From positions 34,027 to 92,823 of the forward strand of contig JAQGDQ010000814.1 of assembly GCA_030141605.1 (NCBI GenBank): a stretch of 58,797 bases of DNA, in the 5' to 3' direction. The position numbers and the translations under genes were made by a program. Numbering within the stretch: position 1 is the stretch's first letter; every line of letters starts with the position of its first letter. The notes under the pieces were generated by a model. That model saw only the letters and a program-made list of their open reading frames with translations. It was not told where the DNA came from and ran no database searches. The DNA comes from Tubiluchus corallicola. Taxonomy: Eukaryota; Animalia; Priapulida. Positions 37,495 to 51,450 of the stretch are shown here, piece after piece.

Positions 37495-37570
37495 ATAGTG
37501 GTGGTGATGATGATTTTGACGAAGATGACCTGTGGGAATTATGATGATGATGATGTCAATGATGATGATC
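37495..37570. repeat. Imperfect (GAT)n microsatellite
   Basis: gatgatgat runs. Confidence 0.8.
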
Positions 37571-38799
37571 GCTTGAATAATATATCACACCAGCACTAAA
37601 TTTTGCTTTATCTCAAATAATTGAAATAAACATTTATAATTTCATATAGGCTTAATTGTGTATTGTGGATAGAAATTAAATGTGGGGTTTTTAATTGTTT
37701 CTTACTCTTAAAATACTAATTATTAACATTTTAATTTTAGTGTCTGCAAATTTTAAAATTTGTAAATACCCACTGGCATTAGTACTATCATTATTTACTC
37801 AATTATTTTGCAATATCATAATGTCAATCATTGTAATTCAATGTTAGTTCAATTGACATGTCTGTTGAGTTACTGTGTTTGATTATCTATAATTCACAAT
37901 ACTATTTGAAATAATTCACAAATGGCAAAATTAGCTGTCTGACACAATTGCCAATTGCCTGCACTCATCCAGCATCTTAATTCCCGTATGGGCAGTTCGC
38001 CACTACCACAACAACTCCAGTTACCGGGCCAGTTATGTTAACTGTAATATTATGACTAGGAAGTGACATGAAATCACAGGCCAACTAAGATTTGCCTTTT
38101 ATGCCAGCATTGCCAGAATGAGCCGTAATAGAACTACATATAATGCCAATATTTACTGGGATGTTAAATAAATCTACTGTGTAGCATATACAGAAAATGC
38201 TAACAAGAAATATATGTTAGATGTTAATATAAATAAAAAAGGAAAAAAACGACAAGTAATAGTAAATCATATTTAAGTAATTATTTGTATCTCTGACAGC
38301 TTTTCTGATGGACTGATGTAAGTCATGTTTTTTTCTATAATGGTTTATAAAGAAAATTAGAAATTAAAGTGTATAGTGACTTTTGTGACACCCTGTATAT
38401 ATACATATTTACAGTAATAAAATCACAACACGTATAAATAATTGTGTGTGTGCGTTCAGTCTCCGGACTGATGTTTTACACTAGTGTCAAATTGTTAGTA
38501 AATTATGCATGATGAAAAACATTGATGACGCTATGTTAGTAAGTAAAAAAAACTCAAGATTTACAATTCAGATATTTTTACATGTAATTAAAAAAACTTT
38601 TAAATTTAAGTTTATGTATAATTCACAAATTTATAAAGAAAGTTAAATATTCACATTTATATTTACATGTGTATAATTTTACGTAATTAAAAGCCATAAC
38701 ACAAATAATTTCGATTGACTTCACTGATTTTTTGTTATTGTTGCTGTTGTTCATCAGTTGCTAAATTATTAAAACAAAAAATTAGAATTAAGATGACCA

Positions 38800-39550
38800 G
38801 TTGCACCATCTTATGGGTGTGAATATTAAGAAAACAATATCCAGTTATTGTAAATTGGTGGTAATATAAAAGGATAGCCTGTAGACAGCAGTAAATAGTA
38901 ATTCATTTATCGTTTTTATGTGCTGGTCTTGAGTAATTTGTTAGCAAAGTACTTTTAATTCTTTCTTGAAGCTTGTTGGGCTAGTTGATGATTCAAGTTT
39001 GAGTGGGGCTGTATTCCAAAGATTGACTGCTATTTTTGAAACTGAGTTATGCCCATATTTGTTTTTAGTTTGCATTTGAAGTAGATTGCAAGTTCTTTCA
39101 TTTAATTTTCTATCCTTCAAAAAGGGAACATCATTTCTTTCAAATGCTTTATTAATATTTTCAATACAATTCCAAATGAACAGCAGCGCATTATACTGGA
39201 TGCTGGATTAAATTGTGAAAATATTTAATTTTTACCTACATTGGTTGTCAAGTAAGACTGGTCAGCAATGGCATCCATAAGTAAAATGAGGTAGGATCAT
39301 AGGTTTATAAATAAGTAGTTTGGTTTGATATTTAGTTGACCTTTAACCTGTTTTAGAAATGATGTGCTTTGTGACATTTTTTGCATTACATTTTTTATAA
39401 TGGTTTTCCCATATTAAATGTTTGTCAGTTTCTATGCCTCAAAAAATTTGGCTGTTCTAAACTGTTGACTTGTATTCCTTAAATACTAGATTTAGCGTTA
39501 CATTTTCAATGTCACAAAATAAAACATCATTGTAAAACATTCTACGTAAA
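38800..39550 (-). mobile_element. L2/CR1-type LINE relic (3' part of ORF2)
   Basis: Minus remnants similar to KFLG...DKHLIWENH and AVNLWNTAP. Confidence 0.6.
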
Positions 39551-39559
39551 CTAAAAAAT

Positions 39560-40900
39560 GAAATTGAAGAACAGAGCTGTGTTAAGCAAATTTTAATTAA
39601 TTACCTAACAAAGATATTAAATCAAAGCGGAAAATAATAAATGAACTAGTGAAGCTAAAAGTCCAAAAAAATTCTCCCACCTCATAACCCAATCTCAAAT
39701 AATAGCTGATAAATTTAATAAAGTTTTTGTTGAGGTTGGTGTGTCAGCTGCAAAAAATATTCCAAGTAGTAAGTTAATGGTATTAATAAACAGTATTTTT
39801 CACCCTCATTTAAAATTTCATAATGAATTTAGATTCAAATCGAATCAATTAGAAGTATTTTCATTATTACCGAGCCTAAATAGCAGTAAAACTGCTGGTG
39901 CAGATGGCTTCAGTCTACATTTTGTTGAAATTAATCTGCCAGTCCAATAATTTGCAAACATTTGGCTTTAATATACATGTAAAACCATTAATTTTTAGCA
40001 CTGCTTTTTTTCAAAAAGGCTTAACAAACTTACAGAACTAACTTATTTTAACAGCTCAACAAACTTCACAAAATAATTCCTGTGCATAAATCAAGTACTG
40101 ATACTATAATTATTAACGAATTTCATTTTCAAGTGTCTTCTCTAACATACTGGAGAAAAATAGCATTTATCACTCATCATTTTTCACAAAACCGAATCTT
40201 ATATGACTATCAATTTGGCTTTCATAAATCACATTCGACAACATTGGCGTTAATTGAAAGAGCCAATAAAAACCATGCAGAAACACTTGATAATGATGTG
40301 TGACTTTTCGACATATCAAGGACATTTGGTACTCTAAACCTTTATATTCTTCTAGACAAGTTACATTACTATAGCATAAGACAACTGTCTCGATCCTGGT
40401 TTAAAAGCTGCCTTTTTGATCGTTTTCAATAACCATGTTATCCTATAGCCTTCCAATTAAATATGATAAGTCTTTATGATTTTACTTTGGGACGTCTGTT
40501 ATTTTTTGTACGTACGAGAGATGCTATTAGGTTATGTCATTATAGAAAAACGTCACCGTTAAATGTTTAGGAATATTTCTTGGTGAGGACTTAGTTTGGA
40601 AGTATCAATCCGGTAAACTCTTGAAATTATCTATAAATTATGGCGATTATTATGCAGACTTGATAATAGAAAAAACCAGTGAAAATTTATTACAGCTTAG
40701 TATATACGTAGCTAACATATAAGGTCATGTCTGGGGGGGGGGGTATAATGTAAAACTAACCTGGAAGGTCTATAATTAATTCGATACAAATTTCTAAAAT
40801 ATTCCTTGTAAGATAATATTATGATCAGATCATGTACTGCTATGTTCAAATATGATCTACAATACATCTCACACTCTTTCTATTAAAGAAATATACCGTA
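39560..40900 (+). mobile_element. L2/CR1-type LINE relic (RT region)
   Basis: SSKTAGADGFS; LYDYQFGFHKSHSTTLALIE; LLDKLHYYSIR..SWFKSCLFDRFQ. Confidence 0.8.
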
Positions 40901-43584
40901 ACTACTGTCATCATTTCATGTATCAATAGCATCATTCACTTCTTAGTCAACCACTCGTGTGTATGTACAGTTCACATGCACCATAGAAATGCCCAAAAAT
41001 AATTTTAAAGTTATTGCAGCTATTACGTTTGTGCCATACCTACAAAATTGCAAGTTAAACCACATAAACTTGCCATTGTTGCCTTAAAAACGTTGCACTA
41101 ATTCAGCTTCAGCGGCCTGCCGAGTGCTTTTCTTGCAACAAGTGGCTTCCATGTATACGTCCGTCAACTGGGCGCTTCCGGTGAGCTCTGCGGATTCCAA
41201 AGCAGAATCTCCATCAGAAATGATTCGAATTATATCTAATTGCATTATTCAGTCCACAACGCTCGCCGAAACCAGACGAAGTTAAACCTGATATTGGTAA
41301 CTCATATATGTGTCGACTTGAAATCATAATAAAAATCTGCATGCTGCGGTCAGTTGCCGCCGAAAAGTCTAATTTTCCTCAATCGCGATGTGAGCTAATT
41401 CAAAAGCTACACACGCTGCCTCTGCAAAAATAACCCACGCTAATTGTGTGCATTCAGGAATACATCATACGCCATAAACTGTACAGCGTGTGTTGTTCAG
41501 TAAAATAAATATCAAAATGCCAGCGTCTCAAAACCTACCGATGACAATGCTTGTTTTTCAAACGAATGATTCGTTTATTTTGCAAGTGTCACTATAAGCC
41601 TTCTAATGAAACAACGGAAAAAATTAATTTGCCTCAATTTGGCACAGTTTGCGCTGTGTGCGTTCACGTGCAGCTGTTTTTTAAGTGTGACTTATTTTAG
41701 CCGAACATCGTCATCATCGTTATTTCTAAATCTCTAAGAATTCACTATGGTGTCGAAAAGAAGCATAATTTTGCAGTAACTTAAACCATGAGTGTCCGCT
41801 GACCAAGATAACAAAAATGTTTATTTAAAATTGTGTTTATCATATGTCAAATTTTCCCAGCACTGCTAGACTTTGCATGCGATACATATCTATATATAGG
41901 ATTGCTTGTACGTATTGACATAAAAATACACTGCATATTATAGTGGTACAAGCAACACTTAATAAAATTATAGTAGTGCTTCGCTACGTTTTTTCAGCAG
42001 GCAGCCCTTTAAGTTTGCACTTAATCCAATCCCCGAACCTATTAATAATTTTTCCATCACTTATTTGCAATTATATATAAAGCCCTATACCACAGAAATT
42101 AATATAGTAATAAAATTTTGCCTTCGGCTAAGATTCGCCTGTTCTAAATTTGCAACGCTCGAAGTAAATTTATTTTATCGTTTTATCTTTTCAGTCATAT
42201 AGACGTTGTACAGCATACTATGTCATTAGTATGCACTGCAAAATGTCATTTATATAGGTAAATGATATAGGCTCTATACTTGTTAGAAAGTCTATAAATT
42301 GAGTTATAGTCCTAGTACTCGCGTTTCTGTGGACTGCTAGTCCTGTGTGCATTCATTTCGCCTTTTGTACTCAACCATATTATCTCAAAATTGGTGTGCA
42401 CAAACTACAAATAAATAACATGTAACTTTACATAAACATGTTTGTAAATTATGCTAACGACGAGTAAATTATGAGCATGAGAAGTTTACTGTACTCAATA
42501 AAAATCTGTTTTTAAAGTTTAATCTTTGTAAACCTGCCATTTGAACATTTCTAAGTGTAGAAATATCTAGATATTATATCACAGCAGTGCATTGGTCCAA
42601 TTGTCCATAATTGACTTTTAAATCTTTATTTTTGTTGTCATTTCATTTTTTGATCATGCTATATTATTTCGTTTGCGGCAATACGACGAATGCGGAAATA
42701 GTGCAATTAAAATCATTGAAGTTGATCAGTGATTAACAAAAATGTCAGATCAATCTTTTTAAGTAATTTTTCCGGGGGCATAAAATTAACTTATTCAATG
42801 AAAGAATAAAGCGTTCTTGCATGCGTATTTGAGAGCCGTGTGCTCTGTGACACGCTCGGGAAAAACACTGCGCCGGTGTATAATTGACCAACTTCATACG
42901 AAACAGAATAAGTTATATCAAGCTGTTACTGAAAACATGTGTGGTAGGCCTTTATTACTATGCAAGGCGCATCTGAACAGTATCCTAGCAAGTAGCAACG
43001 CCGTGATGCAGAGCTACGAGAGGTATCAAACAACTAATGAAAATCTAACATAATTACGTGTTAAAACGCGACATCACACGCGCAACGTGCTTTCAAATAA
43101 ACTTCATTAATATTTTCAGCCATCATTAGGGGCAGTGGAGTTATTTTTCTTGGCTTTTCCTCAAGTTGATTCGCCCCCGTCAAGTTTCAGCCTACTTGTC
43201 ATTCTGGATGCGTCAAACGCTATACTTTACTGCATTGATTATATAGCCGGCCAAGACAGTTGATGAGTCCTTGCCGAGCAAGTAAATTAGACATGGCTCA
43301 TGATGGCTGCCTCGCTGGTATCGCAAATAATGGATGGACGCTGAAACTTGCTTGATACTGTAACAAACCTATTATTTTCTGCGGCGAATTGTCAATGGAG
43401 TGCAAGTCCAAGGATTGGGCAAACATTGTAATATGTAGAAAAGTACAGTCAGCTAGAGTAAATGTGATCTTCCAAAGGAATGAGCACCTTGAACGATTTT
43501 ATTGAAAGCAAGGCGATTTTTCACCTCCAAATTCATTTTTGCATAAAAAATACATCTCACGCTTATGTAGTGCAGAATCCCCTT

Positions 43585-43875
43585 CAGTGGCGAAACTATG
43601 CACCCATAGACTTCTGCACTGCGAGTGGGCTCACGTTTAAGAAAATCGCATTGTGTTTGGGTTATTATACCAATTGTTTATAAAAGCCGAATGCGAGAAT
43701 TACTTTTCCGGAATATTATTCATAAACAACTGACGTATACATTTTTCACTGAGCGCGCAAAAACAAAGTTCCTAATGAAAACCGCAAAAAATGCACTAAA
43801 TGAAGCAAAATATATTTTTGTAAGTGGGCTCTAGTAGGCATGAGGGGCCCGTCAACATACATTGTTACGCCGCTG
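43585..43875. mobile_element. hAT-type MITE
   Basis: TIRs CAGTGGCGAAAC / GTTACGCCGCTG; degenerate 8-bp flanks aatcccct / aatcctct. Confidence 0.65.
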
Positions 43876-44220
43876 AATCCTCTAAAAAGTCATTTCACCC
43901 TTACCTAATCAAAAAGTTTTACAAACTAGCAGACTGTATCTGGTAATCAATATCGTACTAGCAGTAATATGCACATAAATATAATACTAATCAGAATCTT
44001 TACATAAATATGTTTACTGTTTTCTGTTTTCGACATAATTTTACTATGTTACGAGTCTGATAAAACAAAAACGTGTAAATGGTAGAACATGCGTCACGTA
44101 ATATGATTGCACTATGTTACCATGTAATATAGAATAGATAATCTAATTTAGTGTAACATAATGCAACATCGCGTAATGTAGCGTAACATGACGTAACGTA
44201 ATACAATTTAAGCAAACTTG

Positions 44221-44940
44221 AGCCGCGTTTTCACTGCGTCCGCACAGATACTTACAGACACAGACTTTTCTGTCCGCACGTTTTACGTCCGCAAAGTTGT
44301 TTCCATTGAGACCTCACTCATTTCGAACAACACCTCATAAATACGCCAGAATTTTAGCGCGAAGTTCTAGACATGAGACTTTCTACAACAAAGAAGATTT
44401 TATTTTGCTATGGACCTCTGGTGGTTAAAGAAAAAGGCAATTAAGCGACACAAGAAGCAACAACATTATTTTTGAGTTTGAAAACCATGAACACCAAGGC
44501 GAATTACAACAAGTTGTAATTGATGAAAAAATGCCTAAATTGTTTGAAAATGCAACCTGCAACCTTGATTAGATGTTGGGAATTGTATTTCACCCGAACA
44601 GGATCTTGTTGTTATGTTAAGATAAACAAAGCCAACAATCACTTAACTGTACCTCGGCATGAAATTATTGCAGTATTTAAAATTTTGATAATTATTATTA
44701 TACGCGTACCATATTATATGTAATTAATGACTAATTGTAATTATTAATGAGACTTGCAATAAAATTTGGATAGCCTACAGTGCATTCAGCATCGAGCACT
44801 AGACAAGCTTTCGTGAATTTCTCCTGTTGGTTCGGTGCCCTGGCAGCAGCAAAGTACTGGTCGACTTGAACTTGGCTATTTTTCACTTGGTGGTGAAGCC
44901 AAATAGTTGCAGTTTCATTGAAATCCTGTGCAAAACGTGT
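44221..44940 (+). mobile_element. PIF/Harbinger deletion derivative, copy 1
   Basis: TIR-like AGCCGCGTTTTCACTG; 44275-44565 is homologous to 46040-46348 (minus); GSVPWQQQ C-terminus at about 44830. Confidence 0.75.
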
Positions 44941-45237
44941 GTTGCATGCCCATATATTACAATTTCACAGCGTGCTTTGCAGTGGAATGTAAATGGACCT
45001 ATTGTTTTCACTTCAAATAAAAAAACGCGTTTTAATAAGTAACTAACAATGTTTTGAAGCTTATATTTTTCCCTTGTAACGCCACATCTATGCAAGGCCA
45101 TTTTCAGGACAAAGTTGATATTATTGTTGCAATAAGATTGTAAATATACTATAAATTTACAGAAATGCGTGGATCATAGAATTGCAAAATCAGACCTTAA
45201 TATACTGGAAAGTGAACTTTATAACAAAAACTCCTTA

Positions 45238-46348
45238 GGCCGCGTTTCCACTGCGCCCGCACAGACACGCACAGACACAGACTGTTTCTGTATGACTCAC
45301 ACGTATGTATCAAATTGATACAATGGCCCGACTTTGAATACGATTGTTTTACGTGTCTGTCGTTTCCACTGCGACCGCACGGAAAGCCACGTATACGCAC
45401 GGATCCGCACTTTAATTGTTCAACCTTTTTTGTTTGTTTGCAAACACGCTGTAAAAATTGCAATATGTGGACGTGCAAAATCGTAGTCAACTGCAACATA
45501 TTAGTAATAAGAAGGAAAAAATCTAAAGTAGATAATTTTAAGGCTTCGCACAAGATTTCGTTGAAACTGTTACCGTTTGTCTTCACCGCCAATTGAAAAA
45601 TGGTTAGGTTACACTCGACCAATACGTTGCTGCTGCCAGGGCACTGAACCAGCAGGAAAAATAAAGTAATCCAAGAACGCTTGTCTAGTACTCATTGCTG
45701 AACTTACTGGACGTCCACGCGTTTCCGCTACATCCTGTATTAGTTCCAGGACAGCTTGGTAAGGCTCGTTGCATTCTAGGGGAGCCCGACCAGGTTCTTC
45801 ATGGAGAATAAAATTATGCAATACGCTTATGGCTTTCACTGTTTCACACGCAAAAGGTACTTGCACCTGCATTGGCTGATGTAAAAATTCGAATAATAAT
45901 TTCATGCTAAGATACAGTTAATTAGTTGTTGGCTCTGTTTACCTTAGCGTAACAACAAGGCACTGTTCTGGTGAAATACAATCCCGAAAATTTGTGTTCT
46001 GTTTCTAAAGATGTTCAGAACACAAATCAAGCAAAATTCGGAAGGTTGTAGGTTACATTCTCAAATAACTAAGGCACATTTCTTCATCCATTACAACTTG
46101 TTGCAACAAATGATGATATTCGCCCAGCTGTCCACGGTTTTCAAATATAGGGTGTAGCCAAAAACGATGCTGTCGCTTTCTGTATCGCCTACTTGCCTTT
46201 TTCTTTAACCACCACAGCAAAATAAAAATCTTCTTTCTTCTAGAATCTCTTGTTTAGAATTTCGCGCTAAACTTTTGGCTCATTTATGACGTATTTTATG
46301 GAATGAGTGCGGTCCCAATGGAAACAACTTTTGCGGACGTAAAACGTC
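45238..46348 (-). mobile_element. PIF/Harbinger deletion derivative, copy 2
   Basis: TTA plus TIR GGCCGCGTTTCCACTG; transposase N-term FWLHPIF...YLRM*PTTF...TNFRDCISPEQCLVVTLR and C-term VKAISVLHNF...FLDYF...GSVPWQ; catalytic core deleted. Confidence 0.85.
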
Positions 46349-46530
46349 TAATATTTTTGCGTTACTGATTTTACTAAAATTACAAAGGTGTAGTGTTTAT
46401 CTTTTTAATTTCTGAGTCTAATAATGCCAAGTCTTCCATAGAATTAGTCATAAAAATCCATATCTACCTAGATTATATATGACAAAATTAAATTTATAAA
46501 TAGTTTTTTTTTGCAACTTTCTTTGTTATA

Positions 46531-46941
46531 TCAGGCGGCACAGAAAAAATGTGCCGAAATTTAGACTACAATTACATTAAACGCAAATGCTCTATAAAGT
46601 CGAAATTTCTTATCCTTATACTACAGTGCATTAACTTTTTTCTTGTAAAAGTTTCAAGCTTGTATTTAACTGTTCTTAGTTATAACCGAAAAGCTTTTGT
46701 ATATTAAAAATTTGAATGTAGGAACAATGTCACGTAACCATCAATTGAAAAATAGCCACATCAGCGTGTATAAAACACTCAATACACTAATATTTAAAGA
46801 ATTGAGAAACTGTTAACTGTTGAAAGAAACACTTGTACGTTAGTTTGTAACAACATTATGCTAATTTTTAAGCGATTTCATTATTTTCTCCTTATAATAT
46901 TATAGTGATCAAAACTTCGGCACGTTTTTTGCGCCACCTAA
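46531..46941. mobile_element. Mariner-type MITE
   Basis: TA-TCAGGCGGCACAGAAAAAATGTGCCGAA ... TTCGGCACGTTTTTTGCGCCACCTAA-TA. Confidence 0.7.
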
Positions 46942-49582
46942 TATTTTTCTAAGTTTAAGTGACAGCAGTAAAATAAACCCAACGTGCTAAACGACGTGTC
47001 GTTTCAAACAGTAACTGATTAACTAATTACTTATCTACATACAGATGTAGTTTGTGTCAGTTGATTTAAATGACCTTGCTTTACTTAGTATGCCAGCAGG
47101 TTAATTAAAACTGTTCTCATGCAGTGCTTAGAGAAGTCTTTTTGGTGCCGTTTCTAGTAACTTGAAGCGTAGCTTCACCATTAAAAGCCAAAATGATATT
47201 TCACCAAGAAATATTGGAAATATTCCAGGACTTGTAACGTGTGCAGTAAGCAGGTAACTGAATCAGAATAGTATATGTGACTAAGAAGAAGAGCTAATGT
47301 CTTCATGAAACGAATGCAAAATTTTAAAAACTGAGAATGTAATTATGCAAAATTGCAATACCAAATTTAGGCATAGTATTTTACTATTTCTCACAAGGAA
47401 GAGGAAGCTTCTATTGCAGCAATTTTATCTTCTATATATTAATTTGAGCTAGTTTGGGTTGAAATTTGACTTTGATAAAGACTTTGTAAAGTGCCGTACA
47501 TATGCTTTGTAATCTAACATCTAGCAGCTTGTAAAATACTCGTTCAACTGTTATTTTTAGGCAACAGACATCATTATTTTGAAGGTCATGGGTAACGAAA
47601 TTCGACAAATGAGTTATAGTCCATAATAGAGCAAACTCATCAATAATGAAGAGCGCTGAATTAAATGATGCCTTAGTTTCTGCGTAACATGCTACTTGTG
47701 CAACTTAATTTGCCCAGTAAATGCTGCAAAATCTGTAAATAACTGAAGTCAGTGAGAGCGCGCAGGCACCTGTAATTAAAAATTTATGCAATTATAAGTT
47801 GCAATCTGAGCTCAAACATTTAGTTGCGCAACTATTGTGTAATGTACTGTTTTCAGTGACATCGGGCAGACATGCAACTTTTAATTGCATAACTTTTAAC
47901 CAAACACAATAGTTAAGCAAAAAAAGGACAGTGTCTTATTAAAAGGCACCATTAAACGTACAAAAGAAATAACAGTTAAAACAAAATAACGAATATAAAC
48001 ATTCTTGAAAGTGAATTGCACGTGCGACAACATCTCAATGTAATCAACAAATTTCTGCTGCCCAGTTCTGATTTTCATACTACTGCGGCCATTCACAATG
48101 ATAGATGCCTATTATACTTCTGGTCAGTCATCCCATACTCCAGATATGCGAGCCACAAATTTGTATAAAATTCGATATTGTTGTATAACCTTCTACCTTT
48201 TCATACCAACTGAGAAGACCAAATAACATAACATTATAACACATAATACTATATTCACAGTACATTATAACGGCTTCTCAAGTGAGCTGTAAAACATGCT
48301 CAAGTAACCTTACACTGAGCAGTAAGACAAGCCCAAAGACAAGAGTAGTTTCTCTCGTGTAATGGTTTTTCTCCACTTAATGTCAAGGTAGAGTCCACTA
48401 ATACGGAACACTTCACAAAAGCTATATGAACTCGTCCGATGATAACCAAACAAGTTACTCGAATAGACCCGCAAATCGTTTCAGAGCTTATAAAACTGCC
48501 CTTTCGCTAAAATTTATTGGGTAAGCCCAACATTTCGGGTGTCTATTTGTTTTTTAGGCATTAATACACGCATACATGCGACCTCTTCAATCTCAATAGT
48601 GAAGTTACACAACTGTTAATTGAGCAACTGAAAATTGCATGTCTCCGCGGGCCTAACTGTTTTCGTAACTTTTGATGTGTTGAAAACATTATAATAAGAA
48701 CTCGTCTCTGATAATCAATAACAGCAATATTTTTGTTAATAAATACAGTTTGCATTTTTCTTGCAGAATTTTGGCATGGCTTATTAGTAATTTTTACTAA
48801 TAACTAATAAATTACATAGGTGACTTACAGAATTTTAAGCAAAAACATAAGTTAGCCTTCCCTTTAGCACTTATATATGCGTAAATGTACATAAACATGT
48901 ACACGGCTTTCAGCTCCGGGGCAAATTATATTGACTTAGTAATTATAAAAGTCTGAAATCGCAAAATTCAGAATAACATTGCTCTTTTTTTTCTATTTAA
49001 TTATACATTATAGAAGAATTGAGATTATTATTTGATAACCACTTGAGCAGAAACACTTTTCATTATCAATTACGAAGAAAAAGGTTCCGAATAACAAACG
49101 TCTCTACAGGTGGCGAATTTGCAGCCGTTCTTTCGAGTTGTTTCTAAATACGGTTCCTTGAAGTTACTTCCTGTACTTGCTTTAAATTTGGTTGCCTAGT
49201 CCTTATAGCTTTGGGTTTTAAATAACTAATTCCTTGGTAGTAAAACTTTTGGCTTCAAATAACCTTCGACCTTGAACCACCAATCAAGAATATCACCAAC
49301 CACATTGAAATCTGCCCCTTCCCATTACCTGGTAGCCCTAATACAAATAATTACCTAAGATTGGTTGCCGAACTTTTGACCTTTGAATTATACCCAAAGT
49401 CATCGATTACTCTATATGTACAACAAGTTACCGATTTCGGGTGCCTACTTGCAGGTTTTTAGTCATGATCCTTTTGTACATTTACATCTTTTACTCATCC
49501 TTTGCCTCCCTTACTGCTTTCACCTGGACTGAAACCTATGAATTTGATTTTTGTTTGTTGTTTATTTCCTTTAGAAACGTCT

Positions 49583-49630
49583 GCGCGCGCGAGTGCGTGC
49601 GTGCGTGCGTGAGTGCGTGTGTGTGTGTGT
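49583..49630. repeat. (GCGT)n/(GT)n microsatellite
   Basis: gcgcgcgagtgcgtgcgtgcgt...gtgtgtgt. Confidence 0.85.
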
Positions 49631-51384
49631 TTTGGTTAAAATAGTTCAAAATATCAGTATCCTAATTTCGCATTTTTACAATACGTTAAAACTAGCCATT
49701 TCTGTGGATAGATTAAGCAATGCAGTAATACAGGTTATCGAGAGAACACGGGTCTGTTTCTGCCGCTGTAAGCGTATTGTCATTTTTCGTTTGAATTGAC
49801 CTTGCCCCTTTGACAACATCAGTAGCACATCTATTTACAAAACGATCACTTATATTCGCCCTTTCATAAAGAACGAACTTATCGCACAAAATAAAAATTT
49901 TATAGTATTTAAGGCGTTGAACATTTCAAAAATCGCGCATTACACAATACTGACCACATAATTCAGATTGAACTCCGTAACAAAACTCATGGTTGTGGTC
50001 CCAATTAAAACACTGTATAGTGTATATACGTATTAATCGTAAATATTTGCTTTAACTCATATTCAAAAGTCATTAACACTCAAAGGTAATTTGCCCGTAT
50101 GGTAGACTGTAAGAAAAATCACAGTTGTTGTGCTTTGTTTATTGCTCAAATTTAATTTTTAGGTGAATATTTTTATTGTATTAGACGTCAAGAGTTTTTA
50201 AGTCGTCGTTCCTTTGTAAAGCTTGGGTATCTGTAATTTTGTTGATTTCTTCTTTTTTTTCCCTGTTTGGTCCAGGACTTCCAAACATTTTATATTTAAT
50301 TTTGCGTGTTGTTTGTGTTGTTAAAAACGCAAATAAAATTCAATTCAACTTAATATCGTTGTAATCTACCCACACATGATCAACGATGTGTGCACATGCT
50401 ACGTACTGTTCACAATAACCGACGGAGGACCCACGTCACAGAAAAAAATTGTGCGCGTTTTACCGAGACTAGCCTTCTAGCGTTTAACGTCCCTTAAACC
50501 TTTGTTTGCGAGACAGTTCACGACAGCGCAAAGTGCTTAAAAAGCCATTAAATTTCCGTGCATACTCAAACTGCAAAAATAATTGTAACTTTGTTCGTTT
50601 ATACGTTGCACCATGCTTGCTAGCTTGTTTCCCTGAAAACTACAACCTGAGACGATTTAAGAAGTCGCTTCTGTCACTAACGAATTAGTTTTATGAATTC
50701 TATTTTTCTGGACGTATATACATATTATAACATTTTTCATGGCCCTTTACTTTGTGTGTCATTCACCTTATTGCTATATAAAAAAGCTAAGATACACAGG
50801 CAGTGACCTAGTAATTAATAATGATTATTATTAAAATTTACGTTAGATTTGCGTATGGTAACTGGAAAACGTTTTAGTAGTACGTCTGTCTAGAAGACTG
50901 TTCAATGTATTTCTTATAAAACATCCATCACAACAGTTACTGTTTTCGGTTGTTTGTTGCGTTTTGGATTTTGCTATCTTAATAATCTTGCTACTGGTTG
51001 ACTTGTTGTTCTCAGCTTTAGATTTTCTCGTACTATACAGTGAGGATAAAGGGCCAGCCGTTCAATAATAAACAATTAACTGCGACTATTCAGCCACCAT
51101 AAACCCTTTGTTCTAAAGCTAGTGTCAGCAGCTCCCCGACTGGCCCATTGCGGAAACAGCCTGCGGCCACTCAGCCTGTTCCAAACACCGCGCGTCCTCA
51201 TGACATTACTAGATCACATATTATGTGCCTAAATTGTAGGTAAGATGTAACTAACGTGTGATTTATAGTAATTCAGATTCCCAGAGCCTGGCTGTATAAC
51301 GCATCTCATAGCTTAAGGTGAAACAAGCCTACAATTTTTGAATTTTAAAGCTAAACTTGTCCAAAAAGAAGGAAATGTAAAACA

Positions 51385-51450
51385 GTCACGACCGATCCTG
51401 GATTTGAACCAGGAATCTTTGTATTATAAGGTTCGTGAGTTACAGTTATA
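51385..51450 (-). repeat. tRNA-derived (SINE-like) remnant
   Basis: Minus T-arm/B-box TCCTGG-TTCAAAT-CCAGGA; no intact D arm or acceptor stem. Confidence 0.4.

Noticed and set aside
38499-38510. POU/octamer autoregulatory sites (TAAATTATGCAT, ATGCAAAT)
   Set aside because: Scattered through this AT-rich window with no visible enrichment near POU3
41100-41240. DIRS tyrosine-recombinase remnant
   Set aside because: No HSFR or LGRW motif in any frame I read
49200-49480. Cluster of nuclear-receptor half sites (TGACCT)
   Set aside because: More simply a decayed TGACCTTTGA-containing interspersed repeat of the kind common in invertebrate genomes
51385-51450. Functional tRNA gene
   Set aside because: Only the T arm is intact; no cloverleaf
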